NCBI RefSeq assembly: GCF_053078305.1
Contig: NZ_CP166879.1
Direction: 5' to 3' (one strand)
Length of the DNA: 64,000 bases
Within the stretch, counting starts at the first letter, position 1. Each line of letters opens with the position of its first letter. A program made the position numbers and the translations under genes. This document shows, in pieces, positions 42,387-56,763 of the stretch. The notes below the pieces were generated by a model. The model was not told the DNA's origin and did not search any database. It saw nothing but the letters and a program-made list of their open reading frames with translations.

Positions 42387-44335
42387 GCAAGAAGGAGTTG
42401 AAACCCGAACTGCTAACAGTAGGCAAGCTATTCACGGACAATTATCTGATTCCTATTTATCAACGGAACTATGCTTGGCGGGCCGAACAGATTGAGCAAC
42501 TTATCAGCGATATTCAAGACTCGGTTGTTGGGGGCCAGGACGACTATTTTCTTGGAAACCTTGTTGTAATCAAGCGGGGTAGAGAGGACGAGTTCGAGGT
42601 CATAGATGGACAACAACGACTTACAACCCTCTATCTGCTTCTGACCTTCCTGGAGCAAGACGGTGAGGGTGGGAAGCCGTCGATTGGCCATGCAGGCCAC
42701 TTGCAATATGAGTCGCGTGCACGGGCAACGGAAGCCCTGCGGCGAGTAGCACAGGAGGCGGCTAAGGGGCACGTCCGACCGCAGGGCTCCACGAGTAATG
42801 CAGATGCTGGCATCCATGAAGGCTACAGCATCATCAATCAGTTCTTCAAACAAAATGAAACCCTTAATTGCTCACGCGAAAAATTCTCCGATTTCTTGCT
42901 AACGAAGGTTACTGTCGTCCGTGCCTCGCTGCCACCCAATACAGATCTCAATCGCTACTTCGAGATCATGAACACTCGTGGGCAGCAACTCAAGCAGGTT
43001 GATATTGTTAAGGCTCGCCTGATGAGCAAGCTGCCCAATCAATATGAACGCGAATGCTTCGCCTGGGTTTGGGATGCCTGTGCTGAGATGGATTCTTATG
43101 TCCAGATGTCTCTGACCCGTGGTGACACCAGTTTGCGAAACAAAGTATTTGGCGATGAATGGTCCTGGCTGGAGGTGACCAGCTTCGCGTCGTTAATGGA
43201 AAGTCGTCCGCAATCCGGCATCAATTCTTCAAGGCAATCCTCCGAAGGGGTATCGTTGTCCTTGGATGAGGCGTTGTCAAAATACGCTAAAGAGATCGAG
43301 TCAAATTCCACTGAAGACGAGGGCAACGAGCGGTTTCGTTCGACTATTGAGTTTCCGGCCTTTCTGCTACACGTTCTAAGAATTATGAAAGGCGATGAGG
43401 TCGAAGACGAAGGCCAGCTTGACGACAAACGCCTCATCAAGTCATTTGACGACGCTGTAAATAATGTACCCGATGCTAAAGCCGATTGGGTGCGTAACTT
43501 TACATTCATGCTCCTCAAGTGCCGCAACCTCTTCGATGGCTTCATTTTGAAGCGTCAATTCACGGCGAACATCGGTGACGATGGCGATTGGTCTCTCCAG
43601 CGATTGAAGAAAGGCGGCGCGGACAAGAAGCCAACCCCGACGTATATCCATGTTTTCTCGGCCAGCAATGGAAACTTAGAGGAGGACGGCGGTGCTGACC
43701 CACATACCCGAGATGTATTGCTGCTTCAGTCCATGCTTCGGATAACCTACACTTCTCCGCGAACGATGCACTGGATTACCAAAGTTCTTCGCTGGCTATC
43801 CGTCAAAGCCCCTCAAGACGCGAAACATGCGGATCTTGCCGATTTGTTGAAGGGGTATGCCCGCAGCAAGGTCAAAGAGACATTCCCCTTTGAGGAAGAT
43901 CAGCAACCACAAGGGTTTGGTATCAGCCGCATCGTCTTTTCGTATCTCGACTATCTTCTGTTGAGCGATTCCTCAAAACGAGATTTCAAATTTCAGTTCA
44001 GAACTTCCATTGAGCACTTTTATCCACAGCATCCGGACAAAGAACAGTCGGGCGCGGTTGTTTCAGGTTCTAGCCTTAACCTGCTTGGCAACCTTGCGCT
44101 CGTAAGCGTCAGCGCGAACTCAAAATTCAGCAATAGCCTTCCCAGAGCGAAGGCCGAAAACTTCAAGGATACGATTGAACTTCAAAGTCCCAAGCTCAAG
44201 AGAATGGCGGAAATCACTCGAAATACAAGCTGGGACGATCAGCAGATAACAGCTCATCATGAAGAGATGGTGACATTGCTTCGTGATGATGTAAGTCTGG
44301 TGGAGGCAAGCGGAAGATCCTACCCGGGGCGTTGA
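42383..44335 (+). CDS. GmrSD/SspE-like protein: N-terminal DUF262-like domain fused to C-terminal DUF1524-like His-Me finger nuclease domain (putative modification-dependent or defence endonuclease)
   Basis: 650 aa; IPIYQRNYAW and DGQQRLTTL motifs; FEIMNTRGQQL; C-terminal SIEHFYPQHP ... GNLALVSVSANSKFSN. Confidence 0.8.
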   Translation: MSKKELKPELLTVGKLFTDNYLIPIYQRNYAWRAEQIEQLISDIQDSVVGGQDDYFLGNLVVIKRGREDEFEVIDGQQRLTTLYLLLTFLEQDGEGGKPSIGHAGHLQYESRARATEALRRVAQEAAKGHVRPQGSTSNADAGIHEGYSIINQFFKQNETLNCSREKFSDFLLTKVTVVRASLPPNTDLNRYFEIMNTRGQQLKQVDIVKARLMSKLPNQYERECFAWVWDACAEMDSYVQMSLTRGDTSLRNKVFGDEWSWLEVTSFASLMESRPQSGINSSRQSSEGVSLSLDEALSKYAKEIESNSTEDEGNERFRSTIEFPAFLLHVLRIMKGDEVEDEGQLDDKRLIKSFDDAVNNVPDAKADWVRNFTFMLLKCRNLFDGFILKRQFTANIGDDGDWSLQRLKKGGADKKPTPTYIHVFSASNGNLEEDGGADPHTRDVLLLQSMLRITYTSPRTMHWITKVLRWLSVKAPQDAKHADLADLLKGYARSKVKETFPFEEDQQPQGFGISRIVFSYLDYLLLSDSSKRDFKFQFRTSIEHFYPQHPDKEQSGAVVSGSSLNLLGNLALVSVSANSKFSNSLPRAKAENFKDTIELQSPKLKRMAEITRNTSWDDQQITAHHEEMVTLLRDDVSLVEASGRSYPGR

Positions 44336-44632
44336 CTTCTTTGAATAACCGCTTTTGGACGAATGTCCCTTGTGGAGTGCAAGTTGTCAGTTTAAAAGTG
44401 TTTTGCGTCGGGCGACACGATCAGTACAGCTCCCAGGTTTTTTTACCATGGTATTTTGTGTGGTATCGACATGCAAAGATAATGCTATTTTGTTGATTTT
44501 ATAGTGTTTTAAGGCGGCATTGATCATCGAGTGGGAATAAACCCTGTACATATTGCTGAAGTTTTCTTTTCGGATAAAACTTCAGCAGATTTTCACAGCA
44601 AACCCCTCTTATCTCTGGAGGTTTTTTTTACG

Positions 44633-44667
44633 CAAATTAAAAACCCATAACTCTCACGAATCATGGG
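44633..44667 (-). terminator. yfgI terminator
   Basis: minus-strand hairpin CCCATGATTCGTGAGAGTTATGGG followed by T-rich run. Confidence 0.4.
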
Positions 44668-44686
44668 CTTTGTGGTAGAAAGACGA

Positions 44687-45226
44687 TTAATTAAACCAAC
44701 CGTCCGATTTATTCTCTTCTGCTTTACCCACGCTTTTCATCAAATCGCGACCGCCTTCTGTCACATTTCTGTTAGCGTCAGCTTCAGATTGCACGACATC
44801 AGTTTGCGCGGCTTTGTGCTTCAGCTCCTGGTCGATAAACTCGTTCTCTCGCTTAACGCGGGCTTCTTCTTTCGCCAGCGCCAGCTTTTGTTTCTGAATC
44901 TCTAAGCTGCGCAGCTCATCTTCATAACTTTGATCGCGTTTTTTATCCGCGGTGGCTTCGGCGTCCAGTTTATCCTGACGAGCTTTCTTATCCGCTGCTG
45001 CTGCCGCCGCTCTTTTGTTAGCGGCGGCCTGGGCATTTGCGCGACGTTGCTTCTCTTGCTGGATTTCCCTGTTGCGCTCCGCGACCCATTCGTCATGCTG
45101 CCTTTGCTCTTCATTTTTACCTTGCTGTTCCGCTTCTGCGACAGCAGAGAGTTGATCCTGCAATGATGAGGCGATAGCCGGATAGCTTAAGGAGACCAAG
45201 ATGGCGCAAAGAAAAACTTTCTTCAT
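44687..45226 (-). CDS. yfgI: secreted coiled-coil protein YfgI
   Basis: 179-aa ORF with signal peptide and charged coiled-coil; synteny. Confidence 0.8.
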   Translation of the reverse strand: MKKVFLCAILVSLSYPAIASSLQDQLSAVAEAEQQGKNEEQRQHDEWVAERNREIQQEKQRRANAQAAANKRAAAAAADKKARQDKLDAEATADKKRDQSYEDELRSLEIQKQKLALAKEEARVKRENEFIDQELKHKAAQTDVVQSEADANRNVTEGGRDLMKSVGKAEENKSDGWFN

Positions 45227-45241
45227 GACTCCTCCTGATTA

Positions 45242-45760
45242 TTAGCTCTTTTCAGGACATTTGGTATTTGGCTGAATACGCGTTTCGTTATACGTCGTGG
45301 TAATAACAACGGCTAAACCTGTCGTAAACTGGCACTCTTTACCCACCTGAGTAGAGGTATACACTTTGGTGCCTTCCTTATACGTTAAAGAAACACCTTC
45401 CACTAAGGTTTTATCATTCACCATAGAACCCGCTGCCGCGCCTACAGCTCCGCCGCCAACTGCACCTGCCGTCGTTCCGGAATTGCTGCCAGACCCGACG
45501 TTGTGGCCGATAACACCGCCAGCGACTGCGCCAATAAGCGCGCCGAAGGCTTGTGCGTTCCGTTTATTTTGGGAGTTGTCTACGGCAACTTTTGCGGGAA
45601 GAATGGAAATAATATTAACGGTTTTAGTTTCTTGTTTGGTATTCAGTTGATCGGTTTGATAAACATCGGCGGCATGATCGTCAGCATTTGACTGGCATCC
45701 TGCCAGAGTGAATGACGCTAACATTGCCACAGGCAGAAGACATTTTTTAAATTTCATCAC
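45242..45760 (-). CDS. yfgH: glycine-zipper outer membrane lipoprotein YfgH
   Basis: 172-aa ORF, lipobox LAGC, Gly-rich GAxxG repeats. Confidence 0.8.
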   Translation of the reverse strand: MMKFKKCLLPVAMLASFTLAGCQSNADDHAADVYQTDQLNTKQETKTVNIISILPAKVAVDNSQNKRNAQAFGALIGAVAGGVIGHNVGSGSNSGTTAGAVGGGAVGAAAGSMVNDKTLVEGVSLTYKEGTKVYTSTQVGKECQFTTGLAVVITTTYNETRIQPNTKCPEKS

Positions 45761-46059
45761 TATTCCTTGTTATACACATTACGAAAAATAAGACATTTAA
45801 GATCATCAAAAGAGGAAAGTAAATGTATTGCGTATAAAGGGATAGATTAAATTTATTAAAATTCACGTGGGGAATAATTTATGAAAACACATCATTACAA
45901 CATATATATTAATTTTGCAGCCAAACAGGATAAACATCAGTCAGGACAAAGACGTAAAATTTAAGATGAAAGAATATCTGCCGCTTTGATAATTCCAAAG
46001 AGCAAAAGCATCCGACAGCGAAGCGCCGTTATGTTCTGTGAAAGTGGAGAAGGTAACCG

Positions 46060-46251
46060 CTAACGTTGTACCGGTGATTCGACGGAGAGTGTGGATTGCT
46101 GAGCTTCTTTTTTGCTCTGATGGTGCTGCCAGGCACCGACGGACGAGTAGATAAAACGGCCAAAGAAGAAGATAAAGCTGATGAGCAGTACGATACGGGT
46201 CATGCGACTGTTAAATCGGTGTCGTTTTCGCATACTGGTTGCCTGACTCAC
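46060..46251 (-). CDS. yfgG: small membrane protein YfgG
   Basis: 63-aa ORF with single TM segment; synteny. Confidence 0.65.
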   Translation of the reverse strand: MSQATSMRKRHRFNSRMTRIVLLISFIFFFGRFIYSSVGAWQHHQSKKEAQQSTLSVESPVQR

Positions 46252-46461
46252 AAAAGGTTCCTTGAAGTATGTCCCACGCTGTGGACGGTACTTACATTAA
46301 GGCACAACAGGACAAAATGGTCAATTCTTCGTTATGTAAAAAAGCGTCAGTGGATACATATTTTAATGTTATGGAAGTTAATTTAATTATTTACAATGAT
46401 GATGTAATAATGATGAATTAACATGATAAACGTAATAATTCATTAATCAGGGTTATTTTGT

Positions 46462-46475
46462 TTGATATATATCAA
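46462..46475 (+). promoter_or_regulatory. FNR binding site upstream of pdeF
   Basis: TTGATATATATCAA is a perfect TTGAT-N4-ATCAA palindrome 128 bp upstream of pdeF start. Confidence 0.5.
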
Positions 46476-46602
46476 TTGGAACTTTCATATGACACTTAGA
46501 ATCAATGCTCTCTATAGTGATGAATAATCATCATTCGAAGTCAGGTGGGATGCCTGTCTGAATACACCTCCTTCAGGATGTGGGGGATTCTGCTGAGCAT
46601 CT

Positions 46603-48846
46603 ATGAAACTGAATGCAACTTATATAAAAATACGTGATAAATGGTGGGGGCTTCCGCTGTTCCTGCCTTCTTTAATCTTGCCCATTTTCGCCCACATTAA
46701 TACTTTCGCGCATATTTCTTCCGGTGAGGTTTTTCTCTTTTATCTGCCTTTGGCACTGATGATCAGCATGATGATGTTTTTCAGCTGGGCGGCATTGCCA
46801 GGGATCGCCTTAGGGATTTTTGTCCGCAAATATGCAGAGCTTGGTTTTTACGAAACGCTCTCATTAACGGCTAATTTTATTATCATTATCATTCTCTGTT
46901 GGGGCGGTTACAGGGTCTTTACTCCCCGCCGTAACAACGTTTCACATGGTGATACCCGTTTAATTTCCCAGCGTATATTCTGGCAGATTGTGTTTCCTGC
47001 AACGCTGTTTCTGATACTTTTCCAGTTTGCTGCGTTTGTAGGATTACTGGCGAGCAGAGAAAATCTGGTCGGCGTCATGCCTTTTAACCTCGGGACCTTA
47101 ATCAATTATCAGGCCTTACTGGTGGGTAATCTGATCGGTGTCCCGCTGTGCTACTTCATCATTCGGGTAGTGCGAAATCCATTTTATTTACGTAGCTATT
47201 ATTCGCAATTAAAACAGCAGGTTGATGTCAAAGTCACCAAAAAAGAGTTCGCACTCTGGCTACTGGCATTAGGTGCTTTACTGTTGCTGTTATGCATGCC
47301 GTTAAATGAAAAAAGCACAATTTTTAGCACCAATTATACCTTGTCATTATTGCTGCCCCTGATGATGTGGGGAGCGATGCGCTATGGTTATAAGCTGATT
47401 TCGCTGCTCTGGGCGGTCGTGTTGATGATCAGCATCCACAGCTATCAAAATTACATTCCCATTTATCCTGGCTATACCACGCAGCTGACCATAACCTCCT
47501 CCAGTTATCTGGTATTCTCTTTTATTGTCAATTATATGGCTGTACTGGCAACCCGTCAGAGAACGGTAGTCAGACGCATTCAGCGGCTTGCGTATGTGGA
47601 CCCGGTGGTTCATCTGCCAAATGTTCGCGCCCTGAATCGCGCGTTGCGTGATGCCCCCTGGTCTGCGCTTTGTTATTTACGCATCCCTGGCATGGAAATG
47701 CTGGTTAAGAACTATGGCATCATGCTGCGGATTCAATACAAGCAAAAACTTTCTCACTGGCTGTCACCCTTGCTGGAACCGGGTGAAGATGTTTATCAGC
47801 TTTCGGGTAACGATCTCGCGCTGCGACTGAATACAGAATCGCACCAGGAGCGCATTGCCGCACTGGATAGCCATCTCAAGCAATTTCGTTTCTTTTGGGA
47901 TGGCATGCCGATGCAACCGCAGATTGGCGTCAGTTACTGCTATGTGCGCTCGCCAGTGAATCATATCTACCTGCTGCTGGGAGAGCTAAATACGGTCGCC
48001 GAACTTTCCATCGTGACCAACGCCCCGGAAAATATGCAGCGTCGCGGGGCAATGTATTTGCAACGCGAATTGAAAGATAAAGTCGCGATGATGAATCGAC
48101 TACAGCAGGCGCTGGAACACAACCATTTTTTCCTGATGGCCCAGCCGATTACCGGTATGCGTGGTGATGTTTACCATGAAATTCTTCTGCGCATGAAAGG
48201 TGAGAATGATGAACTGATCGGCCCCGATAGCTTCTTGCCGGTCGCGCACGAATTTGGTTTATCGTCGAGTATCGACATGTGGGTCATTGAGCATACGCTG
48301 CAATTTATGGCTGAAAACAGAGCGAAGATGCCCGCTCACCGTTTTGCTATTAATCTGTCTCCAACCTCGGTATGTCAGGCTCGTTTTCCTGTTGAAGTCA
48401 GTCAGTTGCTGGATAAATATCAGATTGAAGCGTGGCAACTTATTTTTGAAGTCACCGAAAGTAATGCTCTGACCAATGTTAAGCAGGCGCAAATCACCTT
48501 GCAGCATCTTCAGGAATTAGGCTGCCAGATTGCGATTGATGATTTCGGCACCGGCTACGCCAGCTATGCGCGGCTTAAAAATGTGAATGCCGATCTGCTT
48601 AAAATTGACGGCAGTTTTATCCGCAATATTGTGTCAAATAGTCTGGATTATCAGATAGTGGCATCGATTTGCCACCTGGCGCGAATGAAGAAAATGCGGG
48701 TAGTGGCAGAGTACGTTGAAAACGAAGAGATCCGCGAGGCGGTGCTCTCTTTGGGGATCGATTATATGCAGGGTTATCTTATTGGTAAGCCGCAGCCGTT
48801 AATTGATACGTTGAATGAAATCGAACCCATTCGCGAAAGTGCCTGA
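46603..48846 (+). CDS. pdeF: c-di-GMP phosphodiesterase PdeF (YfgF); MASE1 membrane domain, degenerate GGDEF, EAL
   Basis: 747-aa ORF with multi-TM N-terminus and EAL-domain motifs. Confidence 0.85.
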   Translation: MKLNATYIKIRDKWWGLPLFLPSLILPIFAHINTFAHISSGEVFLFYLPLALMISMMMFFSWAALPGIALGIFVRKYAELGFYETLSLTANFIIIIILCWGGYRVFTPRRNNVSHGDTRLISQRIFWQIVFPATLFLILFQFAAFVGLLASRENLVGVMPFNLGTLINYQALLVGNLIGVPLCYFIIRVVRNPFYLRSYYSQLKQQVDVKVTKKEFALWLLALGALLLLLCMPLNEKSTIFSTNYTLSLLLPLMMWGAMRYGYKLISLLWAVVLMISIHSYQNYIPIYPGYTTQLTITSSSYLVFSFIVNYMAVLATRQRTVVRRIQRLAYVDPVVHLPNVRALNRALRDAPWSALCYLRIPGMEMLVKNYGIMLRIQYKQKLSHWLSPLLEPGEDVYQLSGNDLALRLNTESHQERIAALDSHLKQFRFFWDGMPMQPQIGVSYCYVRSPVNHIYLLLGELNTVAELSIVTNAPENMQRRGAMYLQRELKDKVAMMNRLQQALEHNHFFLMAQPITGMRGDVYHEILLRMKGENDELIGPDSFLPVAHEFGLSSSIDMWVIEHTLQFMAENRAKMPAHRFAINLSPTSVCQARFPVEVSQLLDKYQIEAWQLIFEVTESNALTNVKQAQITLQHLQELGCQIAIDDFGTGYASYARLKNVNADLLKIDGSFIRNIVSNSLDYQIVASICHLARMKKMRVVAEYVENEEIREAVLSLGIDYMQGYLIGKPQPLIDTLNEIEPIRESA

Positions 48847-48884
48847 ATAATGCGGGCCGACATTTCTCGTCGGCCCGCAAAGCA

Positions 48885-52497
<3,613 letters not shown>

Positions 52498-52667
52498 TAC
52501 CACTTTTACTCCGTTTTATTCACGGGACACTGCCTGGATATTATGGCGAGCAATATTGGCAGATGTCCAACTATGCCAGAAAAGGGGGAAAAAAACTGCT
52601 GGAGCTTGCGATTTACAGGTGAATTGAAAAACGCCAGCGGCAGAGCTGGCGCTTTAACTACGGGGCA

Positions 52668-53305
52668 TTACTCGTCGGCAGCGTAGCCCTGCGGCGGCAG
52701 ACGTTGACCATCCAGCCACGCGGCGTTTTCGTGCATTTTCAGACGACCATCGGCAAACCAGCTAATCACCAGTGGATAAATGGCGTGTTCCTGGGTTTGC
52801 ACGCGGGCGGTGACGTCATCTTCCGTATCACCAGCAAATACCGGGACTTTCGCCTGTAAAATAACCGGGCCACCGTCCAGTTCATCGGTGACGAAATGCA
52901 CCGATGTACCGTGCTCTTCATCACCATTTTCCAGCGCCTGACGATGGGTGTGTAATCCGGGATATTTCGGCAGCAGAGAAGGGTGAATGTTCAGCAAACG
53001 CCCGGCATAGTGGGAGACAAACGCCGGGCTGAGAATGCGCATAAAACCAGCCAGCACGACCACATCGGGTGCGTACATGTCGATTTCATGAATCAACTCC
53101 CGGTCATAGGCTTCACGACTGTCAAACGCGCTGGCGATGAGCGTATGCGTTGCAATACCCGCCTGGCGGGCGCGTTCAAGGCCGAACGCGTCGGCCTTAT
53201 TGCTGAAAACTGCCCGTACGGTGCCTTTAATTTTGTTGGTTTTACAGGCGTCAATAATTGCCTGCAAATTACTTCCGTTGCCGGAAATAAGCACCACAAT
53301 ATTCA

Positions 53306-53306
<1 letters not shown>
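52668..53306 (-). CDS. purN: phosphoribosylglycinamide formyltransferase PurN
   Basis: 212-aa ORF MNIVVLISGNGSNLQAIIDA. Confidence 0.95.
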
Positions 53307-54361
<1,055 letters not shown>

Positions 54362-54407
54362 TTACTTGCGGTAGAAAAATAAAATTCGGCGCAATTCTAA
54401 CAGGGAA

Positions 54408-54423
54408 AGCAAACGTTTGCGAG
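54408..54423. promoter_or_regulatory. PurR operator (pur box) upstream of purMN
   Basis: AGCAAACGTTTGCGAG contains the palindromic GCAAACGTTTGC core. Confidence 0.6.
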
Positions 54424-54667
54424 ACTGCTTTACACAACCTTTTTGCACGTCTTTTCCCCAGGCGCGCGGCGAAAGAAGATTTGTGCCAGGGCAAAGGTTA
54501 GTTTTCGGATGGAATAATCTTCTTTCATAACCATTTGAATATAAAATAACTTTATCTCAAACCGTTATCATTTTGACTAAAGTCAACGAAAATAATATTG
54601 CCGCCTTGAAGAAAGGAGGTATAATCCGTCGATTTTTTTTGTGGCTGCCCCTCAAAGGAGAAAGAGT

Positions 54668-55294
54668 ATGAAGATCGTGGAAGTCAAACACCCACTCGTC
54701 AAACACAAGCTGGGACTGATGCGTGAGCAAGATATCAGCACCAAGCGCTTTCGCGAACTCGCTTCCGAAGTGGGTAGCCTGCTGACTTACGAAGCGACCG
54801 CCGACCTCGAAACGGAAAAAGTAACTATCGAAGGCTGGAACGGCCCGGTAGAAATCGACCAGATCAAAGGTAAGAAAATTACCGTTGTGCCAATTCTGCG
54901 TGCGGGTCTGGGGATGATGGACGGTGTGCTGGAAAACGTTCCGAGCGCGCGCATCAGCGTTGTCGGTATGTACCGTAATGAAGAAACGCTGGAGCCGGTA
55001 CCGTACTTCCAGAAACTGGTTTCTAACATCGATGAGCGTATGGCGCTGATCGTTGACCCAATGCTGGCAACCGGTGGTTCCGTTATCGCGACCATCGACC
55101 TGCTGAAAAAAGCGGGCTGCAGCAGCATCAAAGTTCTGGTGCTGGTAGCTGCACCAGAAGGTATCGCTGCGCTGGAAAAAGCGCATCCGGACGTCGAACT
55201 GTATACCGCATCGATTGACCAGGGACTGAACGAGCACGGATACATTATTCCGGGCCTCGGCGATGCCGGTGACAAAATCTTTGGTACGAAATAA
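54668..55294 (+). CDS. upp: uracil phosphoribosyltransferase Upp
   Basis: ORF track 54641..55294; recognised start [15 protein letters not shown]; 208 aa. Confidence 0.95.
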
Positions 55295-55311
55295 AGAATA
55301 AAAATAATTAA

Positions 55312-55340
55312 AGCCGACTTTAAGAGTCGGCTTTTTTTTG
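55312..55340 (+). terminator. hairpin between upp and uraA (attenuator/terminator)
   Basis: AGCCGACT-TTAAG-AGTCGGCT followed by T8. Confidence 0.55.
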
Positions 55341-55379
55341 AGTAAAGCGCCTATAACACATAATACAGAGGATAATACT

Positions 55380-56669
55380 ATGACGCGCCGTGCTATCGGG
55401 GTGAGTGAAAGACCGCCACTTTTACAGACAATCCCGCTTAGTTTGCAACATTTGTTCGCCATGTTTGGTGCAACCGTCCTGGTGCCCGTCTTATTTCATA
55501 TTAACCCGGCGACTGTACTGTTATTTAACGGTATTGGAACGCTGCTGTATCTCTTCATCTGTAAAGGGAAAATTCCGGCTTATCTTGGTTCCAGCTTTGC
55601 CTTTATTTCACCGGTATTGCTGCTGTTGCCGTTGGGGTATGAAGTCGCGCTGGGCGGCTTTATTATGTGCGGCGTGCTGTTTTGCCTGGTTTCTTTTATC
55701 GTGAAGAAAGCGGGGACCGGCTGGCTGGACGTGCTGTTTCCACCTGCGGCAATGGGCGCAATCGTTGCCGTCATCGGTCTGGAGCTGGCGGGCGTAGCTG
55801 CCGGTATGGCGGGTTTACTCCCGGCTGAAGGGCAAACGCCAGACTCCAAAACCATCATCATCTCTATTACCACCCTGGCGGTCACGGTTTTAGGTTCCGT
55901 GCTGTTCCGTGGTTTCCTGGCAATTATCCCGATTTTAATTGGCGTGCTGGTGGGGTACGCGCTCTCTTTCGCAATGGGAATTGTCGATACCACGCCGATT
56001 ATTAATGCTCACTGGTTTGCGCTGCCAACCCTCTATACGCCGCGCTTCGAGTGGTTTGCCATTCTGACTATTCTGCCAGCGGCGTTAGTGGTTATTGCCG
56101 AACACGTAGGGCACCTGGTAGTAACGGCTAATATCGTCAAAAAAGATCTGCTGCGCGATCCAGGTCTGCACCGTTCGATGTTTGCTAACGGCTTGTCGAC
56201 CGTGATTTCCGGCTTCTTTGGCTCCACGCCAAACACCACCTACGGGGAAAACATTGGCGTGATGGCGATCACCCGTGTTTACAGTACCTGGGTTATCGGC
56301 GGGGCGGCGATTTTCGCTATCCTGCTTTCCTGCGTCGGTAAACTGGCTGCCGCTATCCAGATGATCCCATTGCCGGTGATGGGCGGCGTTTCGCTGCTGC
56401 TTTATGGTGTCATCGGTGCTTCCGGTATTCGTGTTTTGATCGAATCGAAAGTGGATTACAACAAAGCACAGAACCTGATCCTGACTTCCGTGATTTTGAT
56501 CATCGGCGTCAGTGGCGCGAAGGTAAACATCGGCGCGGCGGAGTTGAAAGGTATGGCGCTGGCGACCATCGTCGGTATCGGCTTAAGTTTGATTTTCAAA
56601 CTGATCAGTGTGCTGCGCCCTGAAGAAGTGGTGCTGGACGCAGAAGACGCGGATATAACAGACAAATAA
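55380..56669 (+). CDS. uraA: uracil:proton symporter UraA
   Basis: ORF track 55338..56669; recognised start [16 protein letters not shown]; 429 aa. Confidence 0.9.
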   Translation: MTRRAIGVSERPPLLQTIPLSLQHLFAMFGATVLVPVLFHINPATVLLFNGIGTLLYLFICKGKIPAYLGSSFAFISPVLLLLPLGYEVALGGFIMCGVLFCLVSFIVKKAGTGWLDVLFPPAAMGAIVAVIGLELAGVAAGMAGLLPAEGQTPDSKTIIISITTLAVTVLGSVLFRGFLAIIPILIGVLVGYALSFAMGIVDTTPIINAHWFALPTLYTPRFEWFAILTILPAALVVIAEHVGHLVVTANIVKKDLLRDPGLHRSMFANGLSTVISGFFGSTPNTTYGENIGVMAITRVYSTWVIGGAAIFAILLSCVGKLAAAIQMIPLPVMGGVSLLLYGVIGASGIRVLIESKVDYNKAQNLILTSVILIIGVSGAKVNIGAAELKGMALATIVGIGLSLIFKLISVLRPEEVVLDAEDADITDK

Positions 56670-56763
56670 TGTACCGACCGGGCAGTGTTGCTGCCCGGTT
56701 CAAACATCATGGCATTCTGTGGTAAACTTCTCGCGATTTTGTGAAATCCTGGTTGAGGTATCT

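Noticed and set aside
41106-44335. ParB-type plasmid partition function for the DUF262 proteins
   Set aside because: Chromosomal context without parA or a replicon, and the second protein carries a nuclease-like C-terminal domain; a defence or restriction role fits better
40722-44686. Prophage remnant, IS element or integrative element as the carrier of the DUF262 cassette
   Set aside because: No integrase, transposase, tRNA or terminal inverted repeats seen; only two cargo genes
44663-44905. 80-aa plus-strand ORF overlapping yfgI
   Set aside because: Antisense to yfgI and spans its terminator; likely spurious
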